The notes beneath the pieces are model-generated. The model worked only from the letters and a program-made list of their open reading frames with translations, was not told the origin of the DNA and did no database searches. From NCBI GenBank assembly GCA_963729625.1, contig CAVSOU010000008.1, positions 64,001-128,000 on the forward strand: a DNA stretch of 64,000 nt. Reading direction: 5' to 3'. Source of the DNA: an uncultured bacterium. Its GTDB lineage: Bacteria > Chloroflexota > UBA5177 > JANWHV01. A program made the position numbers and the translations under genes. Shown piece by piece: positions 1 to 9,397 of the stretch. The first letter of the stretch is position 1; every line of letters starts with the position of its first letter.

Positions 1-148
1 TGTGTCCTGAGAGCCTTGCAAGGGCAACGAGGACCCCAAGGACGAGGCTCAGAGCAATGACGATGAACGTCAGCTCAACGGTGAGCTCAAGTCCCTCAAG
101 AAGCGTTCCAATTGAATCCCGTGCCAGTGAAGGGTCGAAGAACACCAT
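1..148 (-). CDS. Polar amino acid ABC transporter permease, N-terminal part (runs off window)
   Basis: Manual translation MVFFDPSLARDSIGTLLEGLELTVELTFIVIALSLVLGVLVALARLSG matches the HisM/GlnP-type start; GGAGG RBS upstream; follows the SBP gene. Confidence 0.85.
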   Translation of the reverse strand, partial: MVFFDPSLARDSIGTLLEGLELTVELTFIVIALSLVLGVLVALARLSGH

Positions 149-233
149 GGACGTTACCTCCAAATAAAGGAGAACAGCAGAGTGGCAACGGTACCAGACT
201 GCTGTCCCCCATCATCAACGGACCTATGAGTAT

Positions 234-1106
234 TCAGACCCCCGGCAAGTAGAGATCCCGAAGCGGCAGACTCCACTTCTGAAGAATGGCGCCTATCGTA
301 CCGTCATCTCGTAACTCGCTCAGGGCACGGGAGTAGGCAAAGTTCAGCGTACAGTCTGCCATACGCAGTCCGAACCTTGCGTAGCTGTAGCCGTATGTCT
401 GGATCAAGTCGCTCGGTGGCGGAATGTTAAGCTCCTGTATATTCGCCCCTGGGTTTTGCTTGAGGAATGCAGAGTACTTGGGATCGTCTTCCAGAATGAC
501 TGTGACCTTTCCCTGAATGACGCTGAGAAATTCACCGGTATTCTCTGCAAACTCAATCGGCTTTATTCCGAGGTGAGTCATATACTCATCGGAGGCGCTC
601 CCCGTATTCACGCCCACGACCACGCCGGACCGCTTCAGGTCTGCGTATGATGTAATCTTTCCCGGGTTCCCTTTTTGCACAATGAGTGATGGTCCGTACC
701 ACCAACCGGGGCCGCTGAAGCTAATTACCTTGTTGCGCTCGGGAGTCTCGTGGATGTCATCCGCTATGACGTCAATTCGTCGCGAGAGCAAGGCTGGAAT
801 TAACGATGGGAACGGCATTATCTGGTAGTGTATGGTCTTGATTCCGGCCCACTGTAAGGCGGCTACGTTGATATCCCAGTCAATTCCCGTTGGCTGCTTC
901 GATTTAGGGTCGAGATAGGTCGTCGGGTTGTCGGGTGATATTCCAAGTGTGATGCCGTTCTTGGCCGCCTGCTGGTAGGAATTGTCCGTGCATGCGAAGT
1001 TGGGAGCGATACTGGGGAACTGGGAATTGGCGCGTGTGGCGTGGGCTGGGACAGCCATGGAAAATACTAGGAACAGTCCTAGCGGGACGATACTGATCCT
1101 ACGCAT
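234..1106 (-). CDS. Amino acid ABC transporter substrate-binding protein (family 3)
   Basis: Signal peptide; PTGIDWDI, FPSLIPALLSRRIDVI, TPERNKVISFS motifs. Confidence 0.9.
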   Translation of the reverse strand: MRRISIVPLGLFLVFSMAVPAHATRANSQFPSIAPNFACTDNSYQQAAKNGITLGISPDNPTTYLDPKSKQPTGIDWDINVAALQWAGIKTIHYQIMPFPSLIPALLSRRIDVIADDIHETPERNKVISFSGPGWWYGPSLIVQKGNPGKITSYADLKRSGVVVGVNTGSASDEYMTHLGIKPIEFAENTGEFLSVIQGKVTVILEDDPKYSAFLKQNPGANIQELNIPPPSDLIQTYGYSYARFGLRMADCTLNFAYSRALSELRDDGTIGAILQKWSLPLRDLYLPGV

Positions 1107-2026
1107 AAGTCTCTCCTTGTAAGTTGCGGCTAGGGTCCCATGTCAAATAGCGTCGCGCGTTCGGCCGTTACAGCCGGGCTTGACCGCGCGTACCTAAGGG
1201 CCGCGCGACTTCGCTTCGTTCAATCGGGTGCGGCACGCGTGGGTCGAGTGGTGCGCGGAACACAACTTAGCGGCGCGACCTAGAAGGCTTCTTCGCGACG
1301 ATATGTCTGCTTGAACACGCGCGTTGCCCACATCCACACTCGTTTGTCGCTAAACTGTCCGGCCCATTACGACGCGACTTGCCGAGACAGCGACTGACCG
1401 AGGCTTGACACAGACCGCGAATTACGGCCAAACTGCTCGCATAGCACACTAAGATGGCGATTTGTTTCGCGTTACGCGCATACTAGCATCCAGTCTGAGG
1501 GCTGTCAAGCCCGCATCAACTCGGCCCAGGGTCATGTCATTGTCGCCAACAGCCGATCAGAGGGGAGATTGTCACGGGGGGCGGTGCGCCTGGTCGACGG
1601 GCAGAAGCTTGTGTCCTCATGACGGGCGACCACCTAGCGGGAGGGTGGCGAGGCAACGGACGCGCGGGCGATCCATGCAGACACGTCCAAACCGGGATCC
1701 GTTGACACCCCTTAACGATTCGCGTAGAATCTACAATCATTTGCTATGCGATCGTCGTTGGCATAGTTTGTTCGACAAATGTGCACAATTAGGGCACGCA
1801 ATCCGAATGGTGGCGAGAAGCCGTGACAGTTTGGTCCGATCCGGGATTGACTTTCGTGAGCGAGCCGGCCAGCGGATAATGTCCGCAAACACCGAGAGAT
1901 GCCGTCAGGGAAATCACGGGCTACGCCCAGTCTGAAGGATGATGTTGTTTCGGCAGCTGCATATTGCCCGAGCAGGTTTGAACAGTGCTGCTGTAGGTTG
2001 AAGAACCTGCAAAGACGAGGTGATGG

Positions 2027-2827
2027 ATGGCCGACATCGAACTGGCCCCGCGCAGCGGTCTGAAGACGGTGGAGAAGAGTCTTCGCATTCTCGAGCTGTT
2101 ACTCACCGAGAAGGGCGGCATGAGTATCGCCCAGATCGCGCGACGCACCGGCATGCACAGGGCCAGCGTGCACCGCCTGCTGACGTCGTTGCATGCTCTG
2201 GGCTGGATTGAGCGGCCTGCCGCTCGGCCCCATTTCCGCATCAGCCTGCGTTTATATGCGCTGGCCCGGGTCTTCGTAGAGAGCTATAACCCGGTGGAGC
2301 GCCTGGATCCGTTGCTGACAGAGCTGTGCATGCGCTCGCGCGAAACCGTGCACCTTGGTATCCTGGACCGCTTCGAGGTGGTGCACATCGGCCGGCAGGA
2401 GAGTCCTGAGCGAGTCGGCGTGTCGTCGCGGATCGGCGGCCGCGGCTGGGCACATACGAGCAGCATGGGGAAGGCCCTTCTCGCCGAGCAGTCGGACGAC
2501 TTCCTGCGCAGCTACATTCAGGAGACCGGCCTTCCCCGCATGACGGAAAACACCATCGTGACCGCCGAGGCGTTCTGGAAGGAGATGGCCATCGTCCGCC
2601 AGCGCGGCTTCGCGCTCGACGACGAGGAGGACGCCATCGGTGTGCGCTGCTTGGGCACCAGAGTCCCGTCTACCCACGGTCCCGCGGTGCTCGGCGTCAG
2701 CATCACGGGACCTTCACCGCGATTTACTCGCGAGGCGGCATGCCAGTTCGCGCCGATTCTGCTTGACTCGGTGCGGCGCGTCGCCGCTTCCGGCATTATC
2801 CCTGAGGAGGCTGCGAGCTCATCATGA
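2027..2827 (+). CDS. IclR family transcriptional regulator
   Basis: VEKSLRILELL...HRLLTSL HTH; ETVHLG, HTSSMGKALLA, RGFALDDEE effector domain. Confidence 0.95.
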   Translation: MADIELAPRSGLKTVEKSLRILELLLTEKGGMSIAQIARRTGMHRASVHRLLTSLHALGWIERPAARPHFRISLRLYALARVFVESYNPVERLDPLLTELCMRSRETVHLGILDRFEVVHIGRQESPERVGVSSRIGGRGWAHTSSMGKALLAEQSDDFLRSYIQETGLPRMTENTIVTAEAFWKEMAIVRQRGFALDDEEDAIGVRCLGTRVPSTHGPAVLGVSITGPSPRFTREAACQFAPILLDSVRRVAASGIIPEEAASSS

Positions 2828-3663
2828 TCGACATCCACTCGCATGTCTGGGAATACCCGGGTCACATCGGCCAGCATTTTGCGGACGATTGCCACGCCGC
2901 GTGGGGCGACAGCGTGCCGCCCGGCACGACGCTCGAGGCACACTGGGAGGCGATGCGCCCCGTACAACGCGCCGTTGTCTTCGGCCTACAAGCCCGTGCC
3001 TCCGACGTGTGGGTGCCGAACGAGTATGTCGCCGGCTACGTGGCCCAGCACCCCGAGAAGCTAATCGGCTTCGCCAGCGTCGATCCCAGCGATCGCACGG
3101 CGCCGGCGGAGCTCGAAGGCGCTGTCAAAGAGCTCGGACTCCGCGGGCTCAAGCTCGGACCGATCTATCAGCACGTGGATCCCAATGGCGCCAACTGCTA
3201 TGCGGTGCTGAAAGTCGCGCAGCGGCTGCGCCTGCCGGTTATCTGGCACCAGGGCACGACCTTCGTGCGTCAGGCGCCGCTGAAGTACGCCCGGCCATTC
3301 CTGCTCGACGAAGTCGCCTCGAGCTTCCCGGACCTCACGATCGTGGTGGCGCACCTTGGACATCCGTGGATCGACGAGGCCATCGCCGTGGCGCGAAAGC
3401 ACCAGCGTGTCTTTCTGGACGTCTCGGCGCTGGTCACGCGGCCCTGGCAGCTCTTCAACGGGCTGATCAGCGCCCGGGAGTACGCAATCAGCGGGAAGCT
3501 GCTCTTTGGGTCCGACTTCCCGTTCTTCACGCCGCAGCAGACAGCCCAGGCCCTGCGGGCCCAGGCCGCTACCGAAGGTTCAGGTCCGGTGCCACATATC
3601 GAGGCTGAATGGATCGAGGCGCTGATCGAGCGTGACTCGCTGAGTCTGATCGGCCTCATGTAG
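2824..3663 (+). CDS. Amidohydrolase family protein (Amidohydro_2)
   Basis: IDIHSH, GLKLGP, WHQG, AHLGHP, LLFGSDFP; ATGA overlap with IclR. Confidence 0.9.
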   Translation: MIDIHSHVWEYPGHIGQHFADDCHAAWGDSVPPGTTLEAHWEAMRPVQRAVVFGLQARASDVWVPNEYVAGYVAQHPEKLIGFASVDPSDRTAPAELEGAVKELGLRGLKLGPIYQHVDPNGANCYAVLKVAQRLRLPVIWHQGTTFVRQAPLKYARPFLLDEVASSFPDLTIVVAHLGHPWIDEAIAVARKHQRVFLDVSALVTRPWQLFNGLISAREYAISGKLLFGSDFPFFTPQQTAQALRAQAATEGSGPVPHIEAEWIEALIERDSLSLIGLM

Positions 3664-3774
3664 CCGGCTGAGACAGGCGCAGCCGGTAATGTCCCTGCCG
3701 GTCCGGATACCCCGGCGACGGCACCCGACCGCAGGCACGCAGTTCTACGGCGCGATCACGAAAGGGGAGAGCGA

Positions 3775-4944
3775 GTGCGCGTGACCGATGTGGAAGCGAT
3801 GGTGCTCGACACGGGAAAGGACTACGCCAATCCAGCTGAGGCGGTGGAGGCGCATGGCGTCCGCTTCGTCTCGCTTCTCAAGATCACCACTGATGAAGGC
3901 ATCACCGGCTGGTCCGATATTGAGACCCAACCCCATGTTGGGAAGGCCGTCGTCGACGCGCCATCGGGCGGCGCGATTGGGTTCGAAGGACTGCGGGCGG
4001 CGCTGCTCGGCGAGAATCCGCTCGAGCATGAGCGGATCTGGCAGAAGATGTACCGGTATCTCGCCTACTATGGGCGCCAAGGAGCCGGCATGCAGATGCT
4101 CTCGGGGGCCGACATCGCACTCTGGGACATCGCCGGGAAAGCGCTCAACCAGCCGGTCTGCTGCTTGCTCGGCGCCCGATATCGCGAGAAGGTGAAAGCC
4201 TATGCCTCTACGCTGTTTCGCCCAACTGCCGACGCTATGCGGGCGGCGGTCGTCGGCTATCTGGCGCAAGGTTTCCGGGCTATCAAGTTCGGATGGGGCG
4301 TCTTCGGCCAGGATCTGGCCCAGGACATCGCCCTGGTCAAGGCGGCGCGCGAAGAAGCCGGGCCCGACGTGGACCTGATGGTCGACGCCGGCTGGTACGG
4401 GACGGCTGCCCACGATCCGTACCGGCCGCGTTCGCTCAAGGACTGGCTCCGGCTAATCACGGCGCTCGAAAATCTCAATGTCTTCTGGCTCGAGGACTGC
4501 CTGCATCCCGAGCATGTCTCTGGCTATGCCGCCCTGGCTGCCCGGACGACGAGCCTGCGCCTGGCGGCGGGCGAGCAGTGCGCCGGTCTGACGGAGTTCG
4601 AACGGCTCGCAGACGAGGGTCGGATCGACGTCCTGCAGCCGGACCTGTCGCGCTGTGGCGGCCTGACAGCGGGGCGGCAGATCGCGGACCTGGCGATGCG
4701 ACGCCTGATCGACTGCGTGCCGCACGCTTGGCTGACGGATCTCCTCACGGCAGCGTCGCTGCATCTGAATGCGTACCTCATGCACTCGCTCTACCTCGAG
4801 TACAACGTCGCCTCGGCGTCGCTACTCAGGCGCTTGTGCGCGCCGCCATTTGCGATGGTCGACGGGTACCTTGCGGTCCCGGCCGGTCCCGGTCTTGGCG
4901 TCCAGGTCGATGAAGATATCGTGGAGCGTTTTCGAGTGCTGTAG
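3775..4944 (+). CDS. Mandelate racemase/muconate lactonizing enzyme family (probable acid-sugar dehydratase)
   Basis: DIALWDIAGK, metal ligands VDAG/WLED/AGEQ, QPDLSRCGG, VPH, GPGLG. Confidence 0.92.
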   Translation: MRVTDVEAMVLDTGKDYANPAEAVEAHGVRFVSLLKITTDEGITGWSDIETQPHVGKAVVDAPSGGAIGFEGLRAALLGENPLEHERIWQKMYRYLAYYGRQGAGMQMLSGADIALWDIAGKALNQPVCCLLGARYREKVKAYASTLFRPTADAMRAAVVGYLAQGFRAIKFGWGVFGQDLAQDIALVKAAREEAGPDVDLMVDAGWYGTAAHDPYRPRSLKDWLRLITALENLNVFWLEDCLHPEHVSGYAALAARTTSLRLAAGEQCAGLTEFERLADEGRIDVLQPDLSRCGGLTAGRQIADLAMRRLIDCVPHAWLTDLLTAASLHLNAYLMHSLYLEYNVASASLLRRLCAPPFAMVDGYLAVPAGPGLGVQVDEDIVERFRVL

Positions 4945-5007
4945 CTCCAACATATGACGAGAGAGATTGTATATCGCGGACTTGCGTGAAAAAGAGAGGA
5001 TGCTCCA

Positions 5008-5682
5008 ATGGTCGAGACCGATCGAGAGATTCGTGAGTTTGTCGAACAGCACCTTTACGTCGCAGCGGTGTGCGACATCCTGGACTTGCTCGGTTACCGC
5101 TGCCAGGCCATGCACCAGCGGCTGCGCCCGCTGCTGCCGGACCGCAAGAAGTGTGGATTTGTCGGTCGCGCGCGCACCGTACGCTGGATGGAGACTGATT
5201 ATGTTGACCAGGACGACCCCTATGGGCTGGAGATCGCGGCTGTGGATTCTCTGCGCGCGGGCGACGTCGTCGTGCATTCCACCGACCACAGCGGTTCGAA
5301 CGCGCCCTGGGGCGAATTGATGTCGACCGCCGCGAAAGTGCGGGGCGCGGTTGGCTGCATCTGTGATAGCCAGGTTCGGGATTGTGTGCAGATCATTGAG
5401 ATGGGCTTCCCGGTGTACTGCGCCGGTATCCGGCCGCTCGACTCGAAGGGCCGAGGCAAAGTGATGGCCTACGACGTGCCCGTCCGCTGTGCTGAGGTCC
5501 TCGTTCAACCAGGCGAGCTCATCCTCGCGGATTACGACGGCATCGTGGTAGTGCCGACCATGGTCGAGCAGGAGGTACTGCGCCTGGCCAAAGACCGCGT
5601 GGGCAAAGAGTCGCTCACCAGGGCCGCACTGCTGCGAGGCGACACGTTGCGCGACGTGTATGACCGGTACGGCGTGCTTTGA
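5008..5682 (+). CDS. RraA/HMG aldolase family protein
   Basis: AAVCDILD, WGELMSTAA, VRD, ADYDGIV motifs. Confidence 0.88.
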   Translation: MVETDREIREFVEQHLYVAAVCDILDLLGYRCQAMHQRLRPLLPDRKKCGFVGRARTVRWMETDYVDQDDPYGLEIAAVDSLRAGDVVVHSTDHSGSNAPWGELMSTAAKVRGAVGCICDSQVRDCVQIIEMGFPVYCAGIRPLDSKGRGKVMAYDVPVRCAEVLVQPGELILADYDGIVVVPTMVEQEVLRLAKDRVGKESLTRAALLRGDTLRDVYDRYGVL

Positions 5683-5723
5683 CGTGACTCACGCGGCGGG
5701 CCGCGCCGCGGTCTCGCGTGCGC

Positions 5724-6569
5724 TCAGCCGCGACGGGCGAGCACGATGCGCTCCACGGTGGACATGAGTAGAAAGATGACGATACCGGTCATCGTGGCGA
5801 CTATCACGACGGCCATCATCAGGGCGGTGTCGTACGATTGGTGGGCTCGATTCAGCAGGTTGCCCAGATTGTTGCCGCCACCAGCCACGTAGTCACCGAC
5901 GACCGCGCCGACCAAACTCAGCGTGCTGGTGATCCGCAGCGAAGCAAGAAGCGAGGGAATGGATGCCGGCCAGCGCAGCTTGAGAAAGATCTGCAGCCGA
6001 GAGGCATTGAGTACCCGGAAGAGATCGAGATGAATTGCGTCGACCATGCGCAGACCCTGGGTCATGTTGACGAGTGCTGGGAAGAAGGTAATCAGGAACG
6101 AGATGATGACCTGCGGCCAGATGCTATCGTTCGGCATAATGATCACCAGAATGGGCGACCACACGATGATTGGAATGGTCTGGATGAGCACCGCCAGAGG
6201 AAACATCGAGCGCTCCGCCAGTCGAGAGTGCACGAAAATCGTGGCGCCCGCAATAGCCAGCACGTTAGCCATCAAGAAACCCATGCCGGCTTCCTCGAGG
6301 GTGGTCAGTAAGCTCGACCCGAGGTCTGCCTTGTTGGTCCACAGGCTGTTGAGGGTGTCGTCGAGCCGCGGAAACAGGAATGGTGGAACCTTCTGCCACA
6401 CCACGAAGAATTGCCAGAAGCCCAGCACCGCGGAAACGGCCACTACCGGCAGCAGCACGTCCAGGACACGGTCTGCTACCAGCTTCCAGCGTATGTCGTG
6501 CCGGTGAGTGTCCCGCGCCACTCGCGTTCGCCCGCTCACACCTTCGAGCGTCTGTTCAATTTGACTCAT
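5724..6569 (-). CDS. NitT/TauT family ABC transporter permease
   Basis: QTIPIIVWSP, FFPALVN..GL, SLVGAVVG; multiple hydrophobic segments. Confidence 0.9.
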   Translation of the reverse strand: MSQIEQTLEGVSGRTRVARDTHRHDIRWKLVADRVLDVLLPVVAVSAVLGFWQFFVVWQKVPPFLFPRLDDTLNSLWTNKADLGSSLLTTLEEAGMGFLMANVLAIAGATIFVHSRLAERSMFPLAVLIQTIPIIVWSPILVIIMPNDSIWPQVIISFLITFFPALVNMTQGLRMVDAIHLDLFRVLNASRLQIFLKLRWPASIPSLLASLRITSTLSLVGAVVGDYVAGGGNNLGNLLNRAHQSYDTALMMAVVIVATMTGIVIFLLMSTVERIVLARRG

Positions 6570-6588
6570 CTTTCAGACTCCATTCAAA

Positions 6589-7413
6589 CTAAACAGGCGC
6601 CGCGATTGGCTCTCCAGACGCGAGCGTCTTGCTCCGCGCCCAGGCATCGTCGAGATCCACCGGCCTGCCATCCAGCGCGGAGAGCACGTGCGTTTCCAGC
6701 TTGAAGAACTGTCCGGACCGACGCACGGACGGATCGCGGGGACGTGGGATCGGTACCGAAATGGTGTGGTAGAGATAGCCAGGTCTGGGCGTGAACACTG
6801 CTACCTGGTCACTGAGATAGACCGCCTCCGAGATGCTGTGCGTGACGAAGAGCACGGTGATGCCGGTCGACTCCCAGACTTGAAGGAGGGCCGCGTTCAT
6901 CTCGTCGCGTGTAATCTGGTCGAGCGCGCCGAAAGGCTCATCCATGAGCAGCACTTCGGGCTCTTGCAGCAGCGCGCGCGCCAGGGCAACGCGCTGGCGC
7001 TGCCCGCCCGACAACTGCGCCGGAAGCCTTCCGATGCAATCTCCCAGGCCGACCCGTTCCAGCATGTCCAGGGCGCGCTTGCGGCCGTCTTTGTCGAGCT
7101 TCCCCCCAAGCTCGAGGGGAAGCTCGACGTTTCGCGAGGAGCGGCGCCACTTGAGCAGCGCCGGCTCCTGGAAGACCATGCCAATCTTGCGCGCGGTGCG
7201 TGCCGCGCGCGGGGAGACACCGGCAATAGTAATCCGGCCTGCCTCCGGCTCCAGCAGGTCTGCCACGAGCCTGAGCAGGGTGGACTTGCCACAGCCGGAC
7301 GGGCCGATCAGCGAGACGAACTGTCCCGCCTCGACCGACAGATTGATGTCCCGCAGGGCACAGACGCCGTTGGGATAGCTGAACCGCACGCCCTGGCAGG
7401 AAATGGCGCCCAT
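6589..7413 (-). CDS. NitT/TauT family ABC transporter ATP-binding protein
   Basis: GPSGCGKST, LSGGQRQR, LLMDEPF, VTH; start taken at ATG 7413 just after the SBP stop. Confidence 0.95.
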   Translation of the reverse strand: MGAISCQGVRFSYPNGVCALRDINLSVEAGQFVSLIGPSGCGKSTLLRLVADLLEPEAGRITIAGVSPRAARTARKIGMVFQEPALLKWRRSSRNVELPLELGGKLDKDGRKRALDMLERVGLGDCIGRLPAQLSGGQRQRVALARALLQEPEVLLMDEPFGALDQITRDEMNAALLQVWESTGITVLFVTHSISEAVYLSDQVAVFTPRPGYLYHTISVPIPRPRDPSVRRSGQFFKLETHVLSALDGRPVDLDDAWARSKTLASGEPIAAPV

Positions 7414-7414
7414 G

Positions 7415-8416
7415 TCAGTGCGCGGCTCCCAGGAACTGCGTGGTGAAGACGTCGCCGGCGGCAATAGGCGCCTTGATCTGCTTGTATTTGAGCAACAGGC
7501 CGATACCTGCCTGCCAGCGGGCGGCGGTCATCGTGCCGGTTGGCGCGTTCGGTTGAGAAGCGAGCTTGGCGAGCGCTTTCATCTCCTCCATCTGCTGCGA
7601 GACCGAGTCCTGGGGGTCAAGCTTGGGCACGACGAACTTGGCAATCTCGTCCGGGTGGGTCAAGGCATACTTCCAGCCCTTATCCATGATCGAGACGACC
7701 TTCTGCACCAGGGCGGGATTCGACGTGATCGTGCTGTCCGTGGTGAACAGCACGTCGCTGTAGAAGTTGTAGCCGTAGGCGCTGGCAGGGATGATGTTCA
7801 CATTGACGTGGTACTTCTGGGCAAGCTCGATCGGCTCATTCGTCAGATAGGCCAGGTAGGCGTCGACCTTGCCGGCCAGGAGCACCGTAGGATCGTACTG
7901 AACGACTACCGGCGATACGTCGCTCTCTTGCAGGCCGACCGCGTTGAGCATCGCGTCGAGCACGTATTTCTCGTGGCTTTGGTACCCGATACGTTTGCCC
8001 TTGAAGTCCTTCGGCGACTTGATGCCGCTCTTGGGCATGGTGATGAAGGCAAACGGTGACGACTCGCCCGATGCCCAGATGGCCTTCACCGGGATCTTGG
8101 CCGCGCGGCCGAGGATGAGGGAGGCACCGTCCTGGAAGCCGAACTGGTATTTGCCGGCGCCGACCAACACCACCGGATCCTGATAGCCGTCGTCATAGCT
8201 GCGCACCGAAACCTGCAGACCGGCCTGGGACCACCAGCCCTTTTCCTGGGCTGCCCAGATACCGCCGAATTCGACGTTCTTGATCCAGTTCAAAGCAATG
8301 GACACGTTGGTCGAGCTTGCGGCGTGGACCGCGGGCCCGGGAAGTGGATTGATGATGGCTGCCCCAACAAGGACTGCAAGAACTGCAGACCGAGACACAC
8401 AGCGCCGAATATTCAC
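7415..8416 (-). CDS. NMT1/THI5-like ABC transporter substrate-binding protein
   Basis: Signal peptide; LNWIKNVEFGGIWAAQEKGW, DFKGKRIG, YLTNEP motifs. Confidence 0.88.
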   Translation of the reverse strand: MNIRRCVSRSAVLAVLVGAAIINPLPGPAVHAASSTNVSIALNWIKNVEFGGIWAAQEKGWWSQAGLQVSVRSYDDGYQDPVVLVGAGKYQFGFQDGASLILGRAAKIPVKAIWASGESSPFAFITMPKSGIKSPKDFKGKRIGYQSHEKYVLDAMLNAVGLQESDVSPVVVQYDPTVLLAGKVDAYLAYLTNEPIELAQKYHVNVNIIPASAYGYNFYSDVLFTTDSTITSNPALVQKVVSIMDKGWKYALTHPDEIAKFVVPKLDPQDSVSQQMEEMKALAKLASQPNAPTGTMTAARWQAGIGLLLKYKQIKAPIAAGDVFTTQFLGAAH

Positions 8417-8476
8417 GGGAGTCGTCCATCCTTTTCTCTACCGCACGAGCAATTCCGAGCCCGTCCGGATCGTCGC

Positions 8477-8546
8477 GGACAAAACGATAAGCCCGACTGG
8501 CAGTCCCACAGAAGTTGAGTGGAACCTGCCATCCGGGCTTTTGTCC
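8477..8546 (-). terminator. Riboswitch expression platform: long hairpin overlapping the aptamer 3' end
   Basis: Minus strand GGACAAAA-GCCCGGATGGCAGGTTCCAC pairs with GTGGGACTGCCAGTCGGGC-(TTATCG)-TTTTGTCC. Confidence 0.65.
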
Positions 8547-8665
8547 CCGTGGTGTAGCAAGGAGAACATCTCCTTGCCAGCATCGCTCGGTCCAGGCCAC
8601 CCTGCGGCCGCTGCCAAAGCGCAGCGAACGCGACCGCACGGCACGGAACCCTAGATGCACTTCCC
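8521..8665 (-). ncRNA. ykkC-yxkD family riboswitch aptamer, subtype-2-like (P0 helix present)
   Basis: Minus strand GGAAGTGCATCTAGGGTTCCG...GGACCGAGCGATGC...ACACCACGGGGACAAAAGCCCGGATGGCAGGTTCC has the CUAGGGUUCCG, CCGAG and GGGAYAAAAGCCC ykkC hallmarks, with 5' GGAA / 3' UUCC pairing. Confidence 0.88.
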
Positions 8666-8767
8666 TCGTAGCCAGGCGGTTTACGGCCGCCGATAGAAAC
8701 GCCGAGCCAATCCTCGAGCTTATACGAGTGTTTCGCTTACAGCAACTATACCATCTTCCTCGGCCGG

Positions 8768-9397
8768 TCAACCAGGCCCAGGCGCTTCCTGCTGTTCTCC
8801 CGACGCCGCGACTTGCCGCGGATCTCGGTCGTGATGCAGGCCCTCAATGTAGAGATCGACCAGCCGCCGAAAGCTCTCCTCGATATCAAGCGGGAGGCCG
8901 AAGCCGCCGCCTGCTTCCAGGGAAACGAACCCGTGAACGAGGCTGCGGAAGTGGCGTACGGCGTGCAGAGCCTCCACGCCATGCAGGTCGTATCCGGCAA
9001 GGATCGCGAGAGGCACGAGAACGACATCGCGCTCCGCAGTCTCCAGTTCGGGATCCGGCGCGCGATTGGCGGGTGCGACGCGCAGCATGATCTCGTAGAC
9101 TCCCGGGTGCTGGTGCACGAACGCGCGGTAGGCGCCGGCCAGTGCCCTCACGGCGTCATCGCGCGAGCGCCCGACCGTGGCCCTGGTGAGGGCGCGTTCC
9201 AGCTCACGGTCGCCCAGGAGGGCGAGATCGCGATGCAGGCCGGGCAAGCCGGCGATGTGATTATAGAGCGATGGAGTGCGGATACACAATGTCGTGGCCA
9301 GCGCGGCGAGAGTCAACGCAGCCGGCCCGGAGCTGTCGACGAGCGTGTATGCCGCGCGTACTACGGTATCGTGGTCGATTCCCGGCCTAGCTGCCGT
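8768..9397 (-). CDS. TetR/AcrR family regulator with WHG domain
   Basis: LTLAALATTLCIRTPSLYNH HTH; SLVHGFVSLE; AAGGAGG RBS points to an ACG codon at 9397. Confidence 0.88.
   Translation of the reverse strand, partial: TAARPGIDHDTVVRAAYTLVDSSGPAALTLAALATTLCIRTPSLYNHIAGLPGLHRDLALLGDRELERALTRATVGRSRDDAVRALAGAYRAFVHQHPGVYEIMLRVAPANRAPDPELETAERDVVLVPLAILAGYDLHGVEALHAVRHFRSLVHGFVSLEAGGGFGLPLDIEESFRRLVDLYIEGLHHDRDPRQVAASGEQQEAPGPG

Noticed and set aside
8417-8700. TPP riboswitch expected before a THI5-like SBP
   Set aside because: No CUGAGA / ACCUG TPP core; the sequence matches ykkC instead
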